From contig NIVC01000023.1 in assembly GCA_002269645.1 (NCBI GenBank), positions 1,302,001 through 1,366,000 on the forward strand: DNA of 64,000 nucleotides. The letters run 5' to 3'. The position numbers and the translations under genes were made by a program. The stretch comes from Macrostomum lignano. Its lineage: Eukaryota. The notes below the pieces were generated by a model. That model was not told the origin of the DNA. It saw only the letters and a program-made list of their open reading frames with translations, and made no database searches. Every line of letters begins with the position of its first letter. Position 1 is the stretch's first letter. Below are positions 60,467 through 64,000 of the stretch, in pieces.

Positions 60467-62480
60467 TTACATCAAATAAGGCAGCCGGGTTTTCTCGTTC
60501 TTTTGCTGTTGAACAATACTAGGAGCTCCCATTTGGAAATAGCCCCCAATGGTGCGCTGGTCGGAGGCAATGGGAACTGCAGCTTGCTGAAGGTACTTGG
60601 CAGCAATACCAGAAACTGCTTGTTCTCCTTGATCATTCAATGGAGGCAGTGACCAGTCAACTTTCGTTCAAAGAACGAGGCTGCGATTTTCTTGGCAACC
60701 AAACTTGCATTGGCTTCGCATAATGCCATAAAATGAATCTGCAATGGCCTCACTGCCCCCAGTGCTCAGAGCAACGTCGATGATAGTACAGCACACTCAT
60801 CTGGCAGTGTTGTACACTTCTGGTACTGTATAGATAAGGCGGACCAGTTTTTGCTCATCAAGTAGGCAGTTCAAAAACTCCCCTTTATCAGTTTCAACAC
60901 GAAAATATAGTTGAATTGTGGTGGACAAATTTATCTCCAGCAAAAGAGACAGGAGGAACTGGCCCTTGACCAGTGAGACATTTGTCTTGTTGGAGTTGGT
61001 TCCAGCAGTAGCAGATGTATTTGCTGCTCTAAAACATGAAATTCTATAGGACGCCAGCTTGCCCCAGAAGAGCTCCTCAAAGAGGCCCTGAAAATAGAAA
61101 TAATGATAAAAAAGTGTGCATTTGCATGTATATGTAAGAAAAATGGTTAGGTTTGGGTTTGTCTGCGCTGGCTATATTTTCCTTTGCTATCGCATTCTCT
61201 CTACCCTGTGCATTTGTGCTTTTCTCTCCAGCCAATCAGGCCAGGCCTGCTAGCAATGTAACTTACCTAATATGTACTTTGTGTACGCTTGTATAAATAT
61301 ATCAACTATTCTGAGCTTTGGGCTCTAAGTGTTTCGATTCTAACATGAAGCTAACTAGTGCTGCCTTGTCTTAACAAAAATATTTCAAACAAATTACCTT
61401 AAACTTAGCATGAATGACGCCATGCATTCCAGGAACTAAATTGTCTAGTTCTGAGTCTTTGCCAGCTGCCTCCCAGATATGTGGGAGTGAAGCAACAAAC
61501 TCAAAAAAGTGGCAAAATTTGCTTTCACCCGGCAAGTACTGCCAAATTCAATAGGTGAGAAGCATCCCAAATCATAGGCTGGAACAAGGTGCTATCCGCA
61601 ATTTCAAGGCAACCTGACAATGCAATAATTCTTTTAGAAAAATTTGGATGTTGATACTGGCTATCTGCACTAGTTCCACAATATTGTGCCAGCACTTCCT
61701 TTGGCAGTTTGAGCTCCTCGGTGAACGTTTCAAACATAAGCTCAGCAAGCTGATCTAAGGAGCCGCCTGTAACAGTCACATTGTAAGCTGATTCAGGCTG
61801 TGAATAATCTGAGTTTAACACTTGGTCCAACTCGCTGTCATCATCACTTTCGTCAGGATATCCTTCACTGCCACTGGCACTATCCAACTGGAGGGCATCG
61901 TCAGTTGTAGTCATAGTGCTGTCTTCAACATCAAGGCAATAAATGTCTGGTGCACCGATTGGCAGTGCAACTCTCTCTCCATTAATCATTACTGCAATGA
62001 GCACAGCCTGATTAGTACAACGAGTCTAGGTATAAAAAATGGGGCGGCAGATTTGTGCACGGCAATGGGGTTAAAAGAAGTTTTCTGTTTTCCTCATTGA
62101 TCCACTCATTAGTGGCTTCCAGCAGAATATTAAATTGCTTTCTTACGTGGCCTTGGTTGCCTATGTCACATCCTTGAAGCCGCATGATAGTGATTTCATC
62201 TTCGTAATGTATAGCACCAGACTTAGCTCATACGATTTTTATCATAGAGCAAACAAATCGCTTAGCGATTTCCATACAGCGACTGTTCAGCTCTGTTCAG
62301 AGCTTTATTTGATGCTTTGGTGTGCTCTTCACCATTCGCACTCACAGAGGAGCCTAGTAGATAAGACCAAATTTTTGCTTTTTCTGAGCACCAAAAACTT
62401 GTATCTGCCAATGAAAAACCAGCTAATAGAAGCTCAGTTTTTTTGTTGTACCACCAACCAGTACCAAAGGTGTTGTGCCT
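60467..62480 (-). pseudogene. Decayed hAT-like DDE transposase, probably intron-containing
   Basis: Stitched translation: AKSGAIHYEDEI..GCDIGNQGH..LTPLPCTNLPPHF / TRCTNQAVLIAVMING..SADSQY..WDASHLLNLAV / ..GGSEAIADSFY..KVDWSLP. Frameshifts and in-frame TGAs at 62228, 60797 and 60668. The family call rests on recalled motif similarity. Confidence 0.6.
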
Positions 62481-63029
62481 TTTGTGCCTTATTTAGTTTT
62501 TACTTTTTATTCTTTTTTCTTCATGATCTTAGCTAGTAGGATTATCTTTTGCAAAATCCAATATCTCAAGTGCACTTTTGCATATATTAAGAATTAGCAA
62601 TTTTGTCTGAAATTCTGCGACGCATTTTTTCTGGATTTTTTGACACAAAATTGCATTTTTTCGCGCAAGAATTTCATCCAGGGCTTAGTGGATATGTCGA
62701 TTTACTTGTGATTGTGTGCAGCAAGGGTTCGAATCCCAAGTGGTCAGATATTTTTTTTGAAATTTTTAAGCAAACAGAAATTTGTCTTCCTTTAGTTTTT
62801 TTCAGGTTTTTAATTAAAATAAAATAAAAGATTAAAATTATTTTTTTAATTAAAATAAACTTAATCTTAAAGTGTGGCCAATATGTATTGAAAAATATTT
62901 CTTTTTCATATATAATTGCAGCCGAACTTCAAGATTTCGATGTGTGCGACTTTTTACTGTATGGTTTTTCCCGCCATAAAAACCGCATTGTAACGTACAA
63001 TACATAACAACGCGGTTTTCAGTGCGAGA

Positions 63030-63200
63030 TTTGATGCGGGATTTCCCAACTTTAATTTAATTACATTTATTAAGCCCAATCGATGCGGGATTCAATGCGG
63101 GATTTCCCGACCTTAATTTTATTACATTTATTAAGCCCAATTGATGCGGTAATTGATGCGGGATTTCCCAACTTTAATTTAATTTGATTTATTAAGCCCA
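63030..63200 (+). repeat. Short tandem repeat of a ~55-60-bp unit (gatgcgggatttcccaactttaattt..ttattaagcccaat)
   Basis: Three units. Confidence 0.8.
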
Positions 63201-64000
63201 ATAGGTGGTTGAGAATATCAACAAGCTGTTCAATCAACTTGGCAACAACGTGGTGACCTTGGTGAATCTGCATCTTCAGCGAGGCAATGGCAACATGGAC
63301 CTGACAATTGTGGGTCTGTCCAGCTTGTTTGCCTAGCCTGCTGCTGCATGTTGATTGAACCCGGATGTTGAAGGAATTGCAGACTCTTTAATTAAACATT
63401 CATACATATTTGCATGTTGCAATTTTACCCCATACTCTTTATTCACATGCAAAATTTGCTTTTCATTTTTTAATGGCATGAGTTGTTAGTATAAAAAGAA
63501 TGATACACCAGATAAATTGCTTTTTTATTTTAATTATGAAGTTAGTGTAAAAATCCAATGCCGTTCTGTTACTAGTATAGTAATATGTGTGTTTTTGTGT
63601 GTAAATTTTTAATATAATGAGTAGCTTGTCAAAGAGCTGTCCGTGTGTGGTACATTTCCAAGTACCAGGTCGGCAGCAGTAAAGATAAGTAAACAATAAG
63701 AAATGCAATACGCAATGGGAAAAGCTACAAAATGTTTTAGTAAACACACAAATTCTTGTTTCATTTTACAGTTTAAACACGTGCAATATGAGATCAGAAA
63801 GATTAAATGCAACTTCGTTTTGGGAAACTTCAGCAGCAGAGGAATTACAAAGAAAGCATGGTTGACAATAAAAACTTAAGGAAGGAATGACGAGAACAAT
63901 GTCTCGTATTTTGGAAAAGGCAATTCAGGAGTTAGCTGAGGCTGATACATGATGCAGTTCAGGGCATTCTTAGGTTTAGGGAAGTTTCTCAGGGGCCATG

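Noticed and set aside
60668-62230. In-frame TGAs read as selenocysteine or recoding
   Set aside because: They fall at non-Cys positions in an ORF that also has frameshifts; decay is the simpler explanation.

Overview
Eukaryotic, animal-type genomic DNA with spliceosomal introns; there are no prokaryotic features. The GC-rich exons embedded in minisatellite-filled introns suggest a free-living flatworm such as Macrostomum (inference only). Four spliced genes lie on the minus strand: (1) a single-pass carboxylesterase/cholinesterase-like protein (3 exons, 2874-6063); (2) an uncharacterised coiled-coil protein (5 exons, 6395-9633); (3) a ~1020-aa non-NMDA, kainate-like ionotropic glutamate receptor (13 coding exons, 15711-39785); (4) akirin (2 coding exons, 50244-51446). 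The receptor has a GC-AG first coding intron, a 1-nt frameshift in exon 3, and an extra paralogous S2-M4-tail exon at 13944-14341 that could be an alternative last exon. Mobile DNA comprises a 5'-truncated Penelope-like element sitting between two copies of a compound (CT) microsatellite, an RTE LINE remnant, several MITEs with clear TIR/TSD pairs, an apparent composite transposon and a decayed hAT-like transposase; the composite element and the transposase lie in an AT-rich block (~51.6-64 kb). Much of 1-51 kb is tandem repeat, and most long ORFs in the supplied track are artefacts of these repeats. All gene models were built by hand from splice signals and phase; no database search was run.
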